A DNA stretch of 64,000 nt from Verrucomicrobiota bacterium. GTDB lineage: Bacteria; Verrucomicrobiota; Verrucomicrobiia; Opitutales; Seribacteraceae. The stretch covers positions 103,858 to 167,857 of the forward strand of contig JAQBYT010000006.1 in NCBI GenBank assembly GCA_027622665.1, given 5' to 3'. Shown piece by piece: positions 9,719 to 19,143 of this stretch (position 1 is its first letter; every line of letters begins with the position of its first letter). Below the pieces are notes generated by a model. That model saw nothing but the letters and a program-made list of their open reading frames with translations, had not been told where the DNA came from and did no database searches. The position numbers and the translations under genes are program-made.

Positions 9719-10750
9719 TCAGAATGTAATGAGAGTATGGGTGCTCTCTCCCGAACGCATTCTTGAGATTGCCGAATTTACGTCCTCGAGCTTACAGCGA
9801 TGACTAACGAAATCATCCAAATGAAATACGCCTTCATCCATCATCTGCGTGTAGCGTGGAATGTCGAGGTGAGGCTGGCTCTGTCCACCTTCGGAACCGG
9901 TCAGCGTTCTTCCGAAATGAAGGGGTAGGGTATTCAGGCTTACTTTCTGATCAAATCGGATTACTCCGAAAAGAACGCAGGTACCTTCCTTGGATGTCAG
10001 TTCGTAGGCTCTCTCAATGACCTTGGGATTCCCCGTTCCCTCAATCATCACATCGACCTCCGCTTTTCCCAGAATATCGCAAAGAGCATCTTCCAAAGCG
10101 ACTTCGCTTTGATTTACGCAGTGAGTGGCTCCGCATTTTTTCGCCTGCTCGAGCTTGTGGTCGAACAAGTCGACCGCGACTATCGGATTCGCCCCCGCAA
10201 GCTTGGCGCCTAAGACGGCACCGAGTCCGATGCCACCGACCCCAATTATGCAGACCGATTGCCCGATTCGTACTTTGGCATCGTTGGAGATGATGCCGAA
10301 GCCGGTGGTAATGGTATCTGCCATAAGGGCGGACACTTCGTGCCCATATTTCGGCTCAATCGGAGTAAGCCTGCTCTCCGAAATGATGGAGTGCTGATTG
10401 AACGTCGTAATATGTCCGGCGTTCACCTGTGTCCCCTTCCAATCATAAGTTGGACAAGGGCCCGAGATGCCGGGTGCCGGACGCCAGTGGCAGACGACGT
10501 GTTCGCCTTCCCTTACGCGAGTAACGAGAGGTCCCACCTCGCGGACGATTCCGCCTGCCTCATGTCCAAGGAGGTGGGGGAGATAGTCATCAGGACCCTT
10601 GACCCCGTCGATTTCGCCCAGTTGCGAACCGCAAATGCGTGTCGCCTTGATTTCCACCAGAACCTTGCCGGGCCCGAGTGAGGGAACCTCGACTTCATCA
10701 ACGATGAGTTCCTTGTTTTGGGAGACGAGAATGGCTGCTTGGGTTTTCAT
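9719..10750 (-). CDS. Zinc-dependent (MDR) alcohol dehydrogenase
   Basis: ICGSQ, LLGHEAGG, GVGGIG Rossmann motif. Confidence 0.88.
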   Translation of the reverse strand: MKTQAAILVSQNKELIVDEVEVPSLGPGKVLVEIKATRICGSQLGEIDGVKGPDDYLPHLLGHEAGGIVREVGPLVTRVREGEHVVCHWRPAPGISGPCPTYDWKGTQVNAGHITTFNQHSIISESRLTPIEPKYGHEVSALMADTITTGFGIISNDAKVRIGQSVCIIGVGGIGLGAVLGAKLAGANPIVAVDLFDHKLEQAKKCGATHCVNQSEVALEDALCDILGKAEVDVMIEGTGNPKVIERAYELTSKEGTCVLFGVIRFDQKVSLNTLPLHFGRTLTGSEGGQSQPHLDIPRYTQMMDEGVFHLDDFVSHRCKLEDVNSAISRMRSGESTHTLITF

Positions 10751-11409
10751 TCGAAAAAGATGAAACTGTGGTCTCCGGAGTACCCGGTGCTTTCAAACCA
10801 CCACTCCCATTCCTCGGGGGAGCAAAAAGCCTCGCAGGTCAATTGCCAATAGAGCAGGTTGGCTTTCTCACTTTCGTTGCGGTAAGATTCCACACACAAA
10901 TACTTTCGGTCCTGTCCGACCCTCTCGATTTCCCTGAGAGCCGAATCGAGGTCATAATTGGGGAGGTTGTGAAGGGTGTTGAGCGATAGCACGAAATCAA
11001 AGGCGTTGTCTCCCCATGGGAGCTGGTTGGCTCCGCCTGTGGTAATGGAGTCCCGTATTTCCTCCTTGGAGTGCTCCTTGGCGTATTCGGAAATATCAAG
11101 GCCGAAAACCTCAACGCCGGGAACTGCCAAGGTGAAATCATACATCAGGAATCCCTTCCCGCAACCGATGTCCAGAATCTTGTCTCCGGGCTTGATGCCA
11201 TAATGCTCTGCCATGGCTTGGGCTACCTTAAGCCAACGGCCGTCGTACTTCATTCCCCCGTAACCCCAGCGACGATCCCCGTCCCAATAATCGTATCCCC
11301 ATGACTTCGCTTTTTCGGCGGCTTTTGCCTTGGGGTATTCGGTAACCCTTGCGACATAGTCGCGCGTGGTCGACTTATGGAGCAGGGAAATGAAATCTAG
11401 GTTGGCCAT
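10747..11409 (-). CDS. Class I SAM-dependent methyltransferase
   Basis: ILDIGCGKGFL, GLDISEYA, LPW.D..FD, NTLHNL. Confidence 0.88.
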   Translation of the reverse strand: MANLDFISLLHKSTTRDYVARVTEYPKAKAAEKAKSWGYDYWDGDRRWGYGGMKYDGRWLKVAQAMAEHYGIKPGDKILDIGCGKGFLMYDFTLAVPGVEVFGLDISEYAKEHSKEEIRDSITTGGANQLPWGDNAFDFVLSLNTLHNLPNYDLDSALREIERVGQDRKYLCVESYRNESEKANLLYWQLTCEAFCSPEEWEWWFESTGYSGDHSFIFFE

Positions 11410-11423
11410 GGTAAGTGAATCTT

Positions 11424-12353
11424 TCAGGCAGGACCAATGAAGTGCGTGATTTGTTCGAGTAACCCCGCCTTGTCCAGTCTGCAGACCTTGCGGGCTGATT
11501 CCTGGTTGCCGGTGTAAAGCAGGAATTGATCAGGAGTGCCGATCGTGAAGAGTCGCGCCTTTGTCTTGGCTTGACTGGAAAACCATTCCGCCACTGCGGA
11601 CCCGAAGCCGCCCTTCCTGCTATGCTCCTCGACTGTGACAACGTATTCATGCTCAATGAAAATCTGCTCAAGGCACTTCTCGTCCAAGGGCTTCACTGAA
11701 TGAAAACTGTAAAGGGAGGAAGAGATTCCGCGTTCTTCGAGTTCATCCGAGACAGACGAACAATTTGGCAATATATTGCCTGTTGCGAGAAGGGCTACGG
11801 ATTCCCCGCGCTTCAGGCAAATGGATTTACCTACCTCGAATTCATCGAGGGCTTTCCCGTGTACGGGAGCCTCTCCTTTTTTCCCGATCCTCAGATAGGT
11901 TGGCTTTGGGTTCTTGAAAAAAGCCTTGGTTGCGGCGCGCACCTCGAGGGGGTCACCTGCGCAGATAACCTGCATGTTCGGAAGGCTCCTCATGAGGGCA
12001 ATGTCCTCGAGCGAATGATGGGTTGACCCGTTGGAGGCATAGGAGAGGCCTCCTCCCACGCCAACCAACAGGACGGCTGCATCGTGATAAGAGACGTCGA
12101 CTCTTATTTGCTCAAAGGCCCGGTATATGAGAAAGGAAGCGATGGTGTAGACAACTGGCTTCATTCCGGTCATTGCCAAGCCGGAGCCCATGGTGACCAT
12201 ATTTGCTTCGGCCACGCCGCAGTTGACGAATCTTTCGGGGTTGCTTTCCTTATAGTTGTCAAAAAGCCTGTTTCCGATGTCGCCGGACAACAAAACGACC
12301 GAGGGATCGTCTTTGGCAATTTGCGTGATTTCATCTGCAAAGGCGTTTCGCAT
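11424..12353 (-). CDS. Transketolase-like protein, C-terminal (pyrimidine-binding) subunit
   Basis: MRNAFA, NCGVAEANM, RAFEQIR, THHSLED, KPLD, VEEH...GG.GSAV. Confidence 0.93.
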   Translation of the reverse strand: MRNAFADEITQIAKDDPSVVLLSGDIGNRLFDNYKESNPERFVNCGVAEANMVTMGSGLAMTGMKPVVYTIASFLIYRAFEQIRVDVSYHDAAVLLVGVGGGLSYASNGSTHHSLEDIALMRSLPNMQVICAGDPLEVRAATKAFFKNPKPTYLRIGKKGEAPVHGKALDEFEVGKSICLKRGESVALLATGNILPNCSSVSDELEERGISSSLYSFHSVKPLDEKCLEQIFIEHEYVVTVEEHSRKGGFGSAVAEWFSSQAKTKARLFTIGTPDQFLLYTGNQESARKVCRLDKAGLLEQITHFIGPA

Positions 12354-12356
12354 ATT

Positions 12357-13211
12357 CTAGAGGCTTTCTATTCCAAGCTCGGCAAAAGCGGAATCGACCT
12401 CTTCTTTCGTTGGAATACGATAATGCCAGTTGTTGTCGTCCTCCATCGTTTTGATCCCTTTGCCTTTGATCGTATCGGCAATAATCGCAAAGGGTTTGTC
12501 AGAGTCTTTCGCCGTTTCAAGCGCAGATTTAATTTGTCGGAAATCATGCCCGTCAATGCGGAGGCTATTCCAGCCGAATGCCTCGAACTTTTCTTCAAGC
12601 GGCTCGAGGGCTGTGACTTCTGTGCTCCTTCCAGTAGCCTGCCATTTATTGAAGTCGACTATCGCGATGAGGTTGTTCAGCTTGTGAACAGGAGCCAACA
12701 GGGCTGCTTCCCAAGTTGAACCCTCGTTGCATTCTCCATCGCTGAGGAGACTGACGACGGAGAAGGGGATTCCATTCATTTTGGAGGCCAGTGCAATTCC
12801 TGTTGAAATCGAAAGGCCGTGTCCCAGAGATCCTGTAGCTGCCTCTATCCCCGGAACGCAATGGGGGGAGGGATGTTCGGGCAACGGGGAACCTTCCTGT
12901 GCATAACCCTCGAAGAGTTCGGGAGAGAAGAAACCTCTCTCGGCAAGAACTGCATACAAGGTTGTTATACCATGGCCCTTGCTCAGAATAAAGCGGTCCC
13001 TGTCGGGACTTTTGACTTGGCTAGGGCTGATTTCGAGAAAGTTCCAGTACAGGTAGACGAGAAGCTCGACAAAGGAAAGAGAACTTCCCAAATGCGGAGT
13101 TCTGGCCTGATGGGAAAGCTGTATGATCCTTCCACGTATTCTAGCCGCAACGGCAAGCAAAGGCTCGAATTCCCTTTCGGTTTTTTGGGGATGGTCAGTG
13201 GAAGCGATCAA
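12357..13211 (-). CDS. Transketolase-like protein, N-terminal (TPP-binding) subunit
   Basis: HLGSSLS, DRFILSKGH, TGSLGHG, SDGECNEGSTWEA, TIKGKG, WHY. Confidence 0.93.
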   Translation of the reverse strand: MIASTDHPQKTEREFEPLLAVAARIRGRIIQLSHQARTPHLGSSLSFVELLVYLYWNFLEISPSQVKSPDRDRFILSKGHGITTLYAVLAERGFFSPELFEGYAQEGSPLPEHPSPHCVPGIEAATGSLGHGLSISTGIALASKMNGIPFSVVSLLSDGECNEGSTWEAALLAPVHKLNNLIAIVDFNKWQATGRSTEVTALEPLEEKFEAFGWNSLRIDGHDFRQIKSALETAKDSDKPFAIIADTIKGKGIKTMEDDNNWHYRIPTKEEVDSAFAELGIESL

Positions 13212-13225
13212 ATTTCCGAAAAGGT

Positions 13226-14767
13226 TTAGAAGTTTATCATCGTCTGGGCAGCCTTGAGCAAATCGGCCTTTTTGATGGCTTCAGCATTCCCTATGATCCT
13301 GACAGCCTGAGCACCAGCCATTTGGGCCAAGTAAGTGCCTGCGTCCACGGGCAATCCTTTTGCCGCCGCAAGGGAAGCTATGGTGCAAAAGGCATCCCCG
13401 GCTCCGACGGGGTCGACAACTTCGTTTTCAAATGACGGACATCGGGACACGTGATTCTCCGCATCGAGCCCCAGAGTTTCGATTGCTCCGCGAGTCAGCC
13501 ATGCGTACTTTGCTGAAAGATCGTGCTTAAGTCCTTTGAGCGCTTCGGGGAAATCTGGTTTTTTAAGGCCGCAGGAAAGCTTGATCTCCGTTTCATCGAG
13601 GGAAAAGGAGTCCGCCCTGGAGTATTGCCGGTTGATGATGTTGTATCCGTGATTATAACTATTGGTTTGGCAATTCAAGGAGAGAAAAGGAGCTTTTTCC
13701 TGGACGAGTTCACGAATCCTTGGGGTCAATAGACCGTGCCCGAAGTCCATCACGAGCACGAGGTCGAAGTCTTCGATCATGGAGTCCAAGGAGTCCAGAA
13801 CTTTCTGTTCAGCTGAGTCGGAAATTTCAGCTTCGTTTATGTAATTGACTGAAAAAAGCTTATTTAATTCGGCACCATCCTTGTAAGGTTCGACAAAGCG
13901 GAGCTTTCGGACGGTCGTGAATTTGTCACAGCTTACGATCTTGTTGTTATCCTCCTTGACGAATTTTCGAATGATCGGCTCAACCCAAGCTTCGCTACCA
14001 ACCAGACTGACGAACTGGACATTCTCGGTAAACTCGAGAGCGTGCCTGTACACGGCCAAGGCTCCTCCTGCCTGCTGGTTCCCGTAAAGACGTCTCCCCG
14101 ATAGGATACGATTCTTGGAAGTCAGGCCTTGAACTTGAACCGTTTCATACTCGTCGAAGATAATGTCGCCGACGATCAAGACCTTCAGGGTGGAAAATGA
14201 ATCAATGATCGAACGTATTTCATTCGATGAGTATCTCTTCGCTATGGATTGGCAAAAAGACTTTACCTCAGGAGATTGAGTGGAGAAATTTCCGTGCAAT
14301 AGTTTGGTGGAAGAGAAGACCACTGATCCTGCGTAGCGAATGACTCCTCCGGTTGCCTCTACTGTTCTGACGTCATCGGCCATGTTGCCGGTGACATCCT
14401 CCTCCGCATTCTCGTATTCCTTGCCTTTGCAGTAAATGTCAGGACTCACTGCCTCAATTGCTTCAATTGCCGCAGGGTAGGGTATTATTGCAACGTAATC
14501 GACTGATTCGAGGGCAGTGATGGACTTGAGCCTGAGCTCGTCATTGAAATAAGGACGTCCAGGTCCTTTGTTGACGAACTTCTCGCCGGTTACGGTAACG
14601 ATAAGTACGTCCCCCATGCCTTTTGATTCCTCGAAATGAATGACGTGACCAGGATGAATCAAGTCAAAGGTTCCGTGGCATTGAACGATTTTGTTTCCCA
14701 TCTCTTTTTCCTTCCGGATAACCTCCGGGATTTCGGCAAAAGGAATTATTTTCGAATGTGTTGACAT
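13226..14767 (-). CDS. Bifunctional nucleotidyltransferase (N) / PfkB-family sugar kinase (C); HldE/RfaE-like with reversed domain order
   Basis: HGTFDLIHPGH (HxGH), NKGPGRP, YCKG.EY; C-terminal VGDII.D, DFGHG, VDPVGAGDAF. Confidence 0.88.
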   Translation of the reverse strand: MSTHSKIIPFAEIPEVIRKEKEMGNKIVQCHGTFDLIHPGHVIHFEESKGMGDVLIVTVTGEKFVNKGPGRPYFNDELRLKSITALESVDYVAIIPYPAAIEAIEAVSPDIYCKGKEYENAEEDVTGNMADDVRTVEATGGVIRYAGSVVFSSTKLLHGNFSTQSPEVKSFCQSIAKRYSSNEIRSIIDSFSTLKVLIVGDIIFDEYETVQVQGLTSKNRILSGRRLYGNQQAGGALAVYRHALEFTENVQFVSLVGSEAWVEPIIRKFVKEDNNKIVSCDKFTTVRKLRFVEPYKDGAELNKLFSVNYINEAEISDSAEQKVLDSLDSMIEDFDLVLVMDFGHGLLTPRIRELVQEKAPFLSLNCQTNSYNHGYNIINRQYSRADSFSLDETEIKLSCGLKKPDFPEALKGLKHDLSAKYAWLTRGAIETLGLDAENHVSRCPSFENEVVDPVGAGDAFCTIASLAAAKGLPVDAGTYLAQMAGAQAVRIIGNAEAIKKADLLKAAQTMINF

Positions 14768-14786
14768 GGGATGAGTGGCTCTTGAC

Positions 14787-15749
14787 CTATACCTCGATCT
14801 TGTTCTCCCCGATCAGGCGAACCATTGTTTTGACGTTGAAGTATCTCTCTTCCATTTGGAGTTTTCCGGAGTTGAAGGCATCGATGACTTCCAAGATTCC
14901 TTCCTCCACACTGCTTGCGGGAGCAAAGCCAGTATCCAGTAGTTTTTGCGAGGAAAGTCGATAGGAACGTGGATCGTTTGATTCGGTAACGATGATTTCG
15001 GCAGGAACGTGGCGGACCACCCTTTCCGCGATTTCCATGATGGAGATATTCTCAAAGCCCGCATTGAATATGCCGGTCATTTTTTCGGGATTGTTCAAGG
15101 CATGAACATAGACCGAGACCAAATCCCTGATGTGAATATTCGGCCGTGTCTGGTCTCCCCCGAAAACCGTAATCTTTTGATTCGTCAGGGCTTGCATCGT
15201 GAGCATGTTGACTGAAAGATCCAGTCGCATACGCGGAGAGTATCCGCAAACCGTGGCGGGACGAATGCATGAGACCATGATTTTGTCCGCATAGCTAAGC
15301 AGTACGCGCTCGCTGATCATCTTGGTTTTGTTGTAGTCGGAAATTGGAACGAGAGAAAGCTCTTCGGTAACCAAGGGTTCTTCCTTGACTCCGTAAACGC
15401 TTCCCGAGCTTGCGAAGACGAACTGCCTGACTCCCTTTTGGATAGCCATCTCCACCAGTTGCATGCTCGCCAAGGCGTTGACTTCCCAGTTTAACTTCGA
15501 ATTGAGGTCACTGCATGGATCGTTGGCAACGTTGGCCAAATGAAAAACCGTGTCAACTCCCTCGAAACAAGATTCCTCCAAATTCCTGATATCTGACTCG
15601 ATGATCTCGAGATTTTCATGATCCGGCAGGTAATTGCCAAACCACATAGCATCTATCACTCGTACTTGATGACCAAGTTCGAGAAGAGTGGTAGTGAGAG
15701 GGTGCCCCACGAACCCACATCCACCGGTTACGACAATTTTACTGCTCAT
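14787..15749 (-). CDS. NAD-dependent epimerase/dehydratase (extended SDR)
   Basis: TGGCGFVG, ASSGSVYG, YNKTK, RPATVCGYSPRMRLDL. Confidence 0.9.
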   Translation of the reverse strand: MSSKIVVTGGCGFVGHPLTTTLLELGHQVRVIDAMWFGNYLPDHENLEIIESDIRNLEESCFEGVDTVFHLANVANDPCSDLNSKLNWEVNALASMQLVEMAIQKGVRQFVFASSGSVYGVKEEPLVTEELSLVPISDYNKTKMISERVLLSYADKIMVSCIRPATVCGYSPRMRLDLSVNMLTMQALTNQKITVFGGDQTRPNIHIRDLVSVYVHALNNPEKMTGIFNAGFENISIMEIAERVVRHVPAEIIVTESNDPRSYRLSSQKLLDTGFAPASSVEEGILEVIDAFNSGKLQMEERYFNVKTMVRLIGENKIEV

Positions 15750-16738
15750 TATTTTTTATGTATGTATGCCATCGGTTCCTTGACCAAGTCATCAAAATTA
15801 CTTTGCACCCACTCGATTGTCTCCTCGATCCCGTTTTCAAGGGAAACTTTCGGCTTCCATCCAAATTCTTTCATTGCTTTGCCGCTATCCAGCAAATAGG
15901 CGGCATCTTTGCCGGGACGGTCGGGGCTGACTTCAACCAAACTTTCAAAATCTGCCCCCATCTTGAGGCAAATCAACTCCACGAGGCTCCGTATCGAGAC
16001 ATGTTGGTCAGTCGACAGATGATAGGTTTCGGGGGGGGAGGCTTTTATTGCAATATCCAAAGTTGCTTCCGCAACGTCGCGGATGTGAATGAAGGAGCGA
16101 AGGGACTTTCCTCCTCCGTGAAGTTGAAGCTTTTTCCCGAGCTTTATGAATAGAATGGTTCTGGGAATTATGCGGTAAAGCTGCTGTCCGGGACCGTAGA
16201 CGTTTGCGGCACGAGTAAAGACAACGGGGAAATTGTAATTCTTGAAAAAATTGAGAAGGTGCATGTCGCATGCTGCCCGAGAGGTTGCATAAGGGGTACT
16301 TGGAGAAAAAGGATGGTTCTCATCCACAAGACCTGAACAAGACCCATAAACCTCGGGCGTCGAAACATGGACGTATTTCCGCAACGAATCAAGTTGTCTC
16401 AATTGGTTATGCAACCTCACGTTTGCCACGACATTAGTCTGGTACCAATGATCCGGATTTTCCCAGCTTTCGGCAACCATGGCTTGGGCGGCGAAATTAA
16501 CTACATACGGGGCTTTGAAACTTTTGATTTCCTTGATTATCTCATCGCTATGTTTGTTTAGATCCAATTGTTTAAATTGAAATCTATCGTGAGGATTCCA
16601 TTTGTAGGGAAGTAGGCATGATTTGTTTTCAATCGAACGGCTTATTCCGAGTACTGCATCGCCTTGATCGAGGGCGTACCTAATGAAGCTGGCACCCGAA
16701 AAGGAATTACTGCCTATGACCACAATCCGGTTTCCCAT
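15749..16738 (-). CDS. NDP-sugar 4,6-dehydratase-like extended SDR
   Basis: GSNSFSG, NFAAQ.MV.ESW, STPEVYG, PYATSR, RAANVYGPGQQLYRIIP. Confidence 0.85.
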   Translation of the reverse strand: MGNRIVVIGSNSFSGASFIRYALDQGDAVLGISRSIENKSCLLPYKWNPHDRFQFKQLDLNKHSDEIIKEIKSFKAPYVVNFAAQAMVAESWENPDHWYQTNVVANVRLHNQLRQLDSLRKYVHVSTPEVYGSCSGLVDENHPFSPSTPYATSRAACDMHLLNFFKNYNFPVVFTRAANVYGPGQQLYRIIPRTILFIKLGKKLQLHGGGKSLRSFIHIRDVAEATLDIAIKASPPETYHLSTDQHVSIRSLVELICLKMGADFESLVEVSPDRPGKDAAYLLDSGKAMKEFGWKPKVSLENGIEETIEWVQSNFDDLVKEPMAYIHKK

Positions 16739-16741
16739 TAT

Positions 16742-17308
16742 TTATTTCCTGCCCTTTAGATTCTTCATCAGGATGTGCCCGATAATCATTTGAAAATCCT
16801 CTGCCACCTGCATGTCGTCCAGTGGTATGTGAATGGGGTTCTCCGCAATCTTCTTGCACTTGCCTCCGTCAAAGCCAAGGACGGCGTGGGTTTTCATTCC
16901 CATGATCTTGGCTTGTTCGAGGGCTTTTACGATATTGGGCGAATTGCCACTACCCGAAAAAACGATAAGGACATCTTTGCTGTCGGCAAGGGCACTAAGT
17001 TGCTTGGCAAATATGTTTTCAAATCCGGTATCATTGGCCAAGCATGTGTTGACCGAGACATTTGATGCCAGTGAATGGACCTTGAGACCCTTCCCATCCT
17101 CTGGAGAAACGCCATAGAGCAGATCGTTAGCCAAATGGTTGGCGTTAGCGGCACTGCCGCCATTGCCGCAGATGAACACTTTGTTTCCCGATGTCCAAGC
17201 GTTCAGTAAATCGTCCGAAAGAGTTTTGACCCGATCCCAGTCCAAACTGTTCCATGTTTCGTTGATCGTCTTGAGATAATCACTGACTGTCTCGCAAAAT
17301 TCTTTCAT
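16742..17308 (-). CDS. SIS-domain phosphosugar isomerase (GmhA-like)
   Basis: CGNGGSAANANH, AND.GFENIF..QL, SGSGNSPN, GFDGG, QVAED. Confidence 0.88.
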   Translation of the reverse strand: MKEFCETVSDYLKTINETWNSLDWDRVKTLSDDLLNAWTSGNKVFICGNGGSAANANHLANDLLYGVSPEDGKGLKVHSLASNVSVNTCLANDTGFENIFAKQLSALADSKDVLIVFSGSGNSPNIVKALEQAKIMGMKTHAVLGFDGGKCKKIAENPIHIPLDDMQVAEDFQMIIGHILMKNLKGRK

Positions 17309-17411
17309 TTAGCTAGCTTTAAGGGATTGATTTGATGTGAGAATACCCATTGTGGTAGGAAAAAAATTCCTAGTAAGGAATCGACAGTGACCTTCGACAT
17401 GCGCTATCCAT

Positions 17412-18833
17412 TTGGCTATGGCGATTGAGAAAATAGTTGTGGTGGACGACGAGTTGATGATTCGTAAGTCTTTGGAGACTCAACTGCGAAACAAGCGATA
17501 CTCTGTGGCTTCGGCTCAGGATTTGGCGGGTGCGCGGAAAATTCTTTCGCGGGATTCTTTTGACCTGGTGTTTCTGGATGTTAGGTTGCCTGACGGAGAG
17601 GGGACTGAACTGCTTGAGGAACTGACCGCGAAGGTCGATGGCCCGATGATTGTGATGATGACGGGCTATGGTTCGGTGGAGTCGGCTGTATCCTGTATGC
17701 AGGCGGGAGCTTTCGATTATGTCATGAAACCTTTCTCCTTCGAACAGATTGAGGTGGTTGTAGATAAGGCTGCTTCCTTCGATAAAATGAGGCGAGTTAC
17801 TCGTTATTACGTCGAGGAAATCGAGGCTAAGGCAACCGTTATCGTGGGAACGGCGGAACCCATCCGACTGTTGAAGGAGATGGTCCGCAAGGTGGCGGCC
17901 ACGGAAGCAACTGTTCTTATCTCGGGGGAAAATGGCACGGGGAAGGAACTGGTGGCGAGGGAGCTTTATAACAATAGCTTGTTGGCCGACAAGCCTTACA
18001 TTAGAGTCAATTGTGCATCTATTTCCGAGACCTTGATGGAAAGTGAGTTTTTTGGTCACGAAAAAGGTGCTTATACCGGAGCGACCGAAAGGCGAGAGGG
18101 CCGTTTCGAGTTGGCCGATGGCGGTACTCTTTTGCTTGATGAAATCAGCGAGATTGCGCCTGCGCTTCAGGCCAAGCTTCTCCGTGTGCTGCAGGAGAAG
18201 GAATTCGAGCGTGTGGGCGGAAATAAGACCATCCAAGTTAAGGTTCGTGTTCTTGCTACTACGAACCGAAATCTTATTGAAGAAGTGGAAAAAGGGAAGT
18301 TTCGAGAGGACTTGTACTATAGGCTGAATGTTTTTCCGATAGTTGTTCCTCCTCTCCGCGATCGTTCCGATGACATCCCCTTGCTGGCGGAAACTTTTCT
18401 TAAGAGGCATGCCCGGAAGCATGGCTTGGAAAAGGCGAAATTTTCGAAACCTGCAGTCAATGCTATGCGAGATCACATTTGGCCCGGCAATGTCCGCGAA
18501 CTTGAAAATGCCATTGAGCGAGCGGTTATTCTGGCCGATCACGGAAACGCCATCGGTCCTGAGCTGTTGGGACTGGGCGGTGTTCCCGTAAGTTTGCAAT
18601 CTCATTTGGCGAAATCTTCTGTTCCGACTGGATCGACCCCGGACGAAGGATCCGCTGCTGAGGAGATCGCAGAAATTCTCACGATGGAGGAAGTTGAGCG
18701 TGAGCATATTCTGCAGGCATTGAAAGCGACGAGTGGAAATCGCACTAAGGCTGCGGAATTGCTGGCTATTAATGTTCGGACCCTTCGTAACAAGATCCGT
18801 CAGTACAAGATTGATGGGGAGAGTGTTCCCTGA
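17412..18833 (+). CDS. Sigma-54-dependent response regulator (NtrC/AtoC family: REC, AAA+, Fis HTH)
   Basis: VVDDE...LDVRLPD (REC), GENGTGKE Walker [52 protein letters not shown]. Confidence 0.96.
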   Translation: MAMAIEKIVVVDDELMIRKSLETQLRNKRYSVASAQDLAGARKILSRDSFDLVFLDVRLPDGEGTELLEELTAKVDGPMIVMMTGYGSVESAVSCMQAGAFDYVMKPFSFEQIEVVVDKAASFDKMRRVTRYYVEEIEAKATVIVGTAEPIRLLKEMVRKVAATEATVLISGENGTGKELVARELYNNSLLADKPYIRVNCASISETLMESEFFGHEKGAYTGATERREGRFELADGGTLLLDEISEIAPALQAKLLRVLQEKEFERVGGNKTIQVKVRVLATTNRNLIEEVEKGKFREDLYYRLNVFPIVVPPLRDRSDDIPLLAETFLKRHARKHGLEKAKFSKPAVNAMRDHIWPGNVRELENAIERAVILADHGNAIGPELLGLGGVPVSLQSHLAKSSVPTGSTPDEGSAAEEIAEILTMEEVEREHILQALKATSGNRTKAAELLAINVRTLRNKIRQYKIDGESVP

Positions 18834-19143
18834 ACGAGTAAGGAGTTAAACTGAAGTCATTGCTGGAAATACATCAATGGCATGTGGGCATAGCTACCGC
18901 ACGACCGCACGCGTAGTTGAAAGGCCAATCTTTAAACTCTAGACTGGCAGTGTGCGGACTCTTGTTTTCTTTGAACCTACATTTCGAGGTCAATTTTTGA
19001 TCCGCTTGATTCTTAGCAATTAGCGTTCCAAAAGCAGTGTGTGATTTTCTTCTTTACGGAGACCTTGAGACAACTATCTGTCTGTTTGTCTTTAAGCTTT
19101 GCAATATTTTTATAATCAACGCCTTGCGAGTTATATTCTAGGC

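Noticed and set aside
17370..18707. 445-aa minus-strand ORF
   Set aside because: Antisense shadow of the sigma-54 activator; no motifs of its own.
19084..19095. 12-mer GTTTGTCTTTAA shared with 42438-42449
   Set aside because: A single AT-rich match between spacers is plausible by chance.
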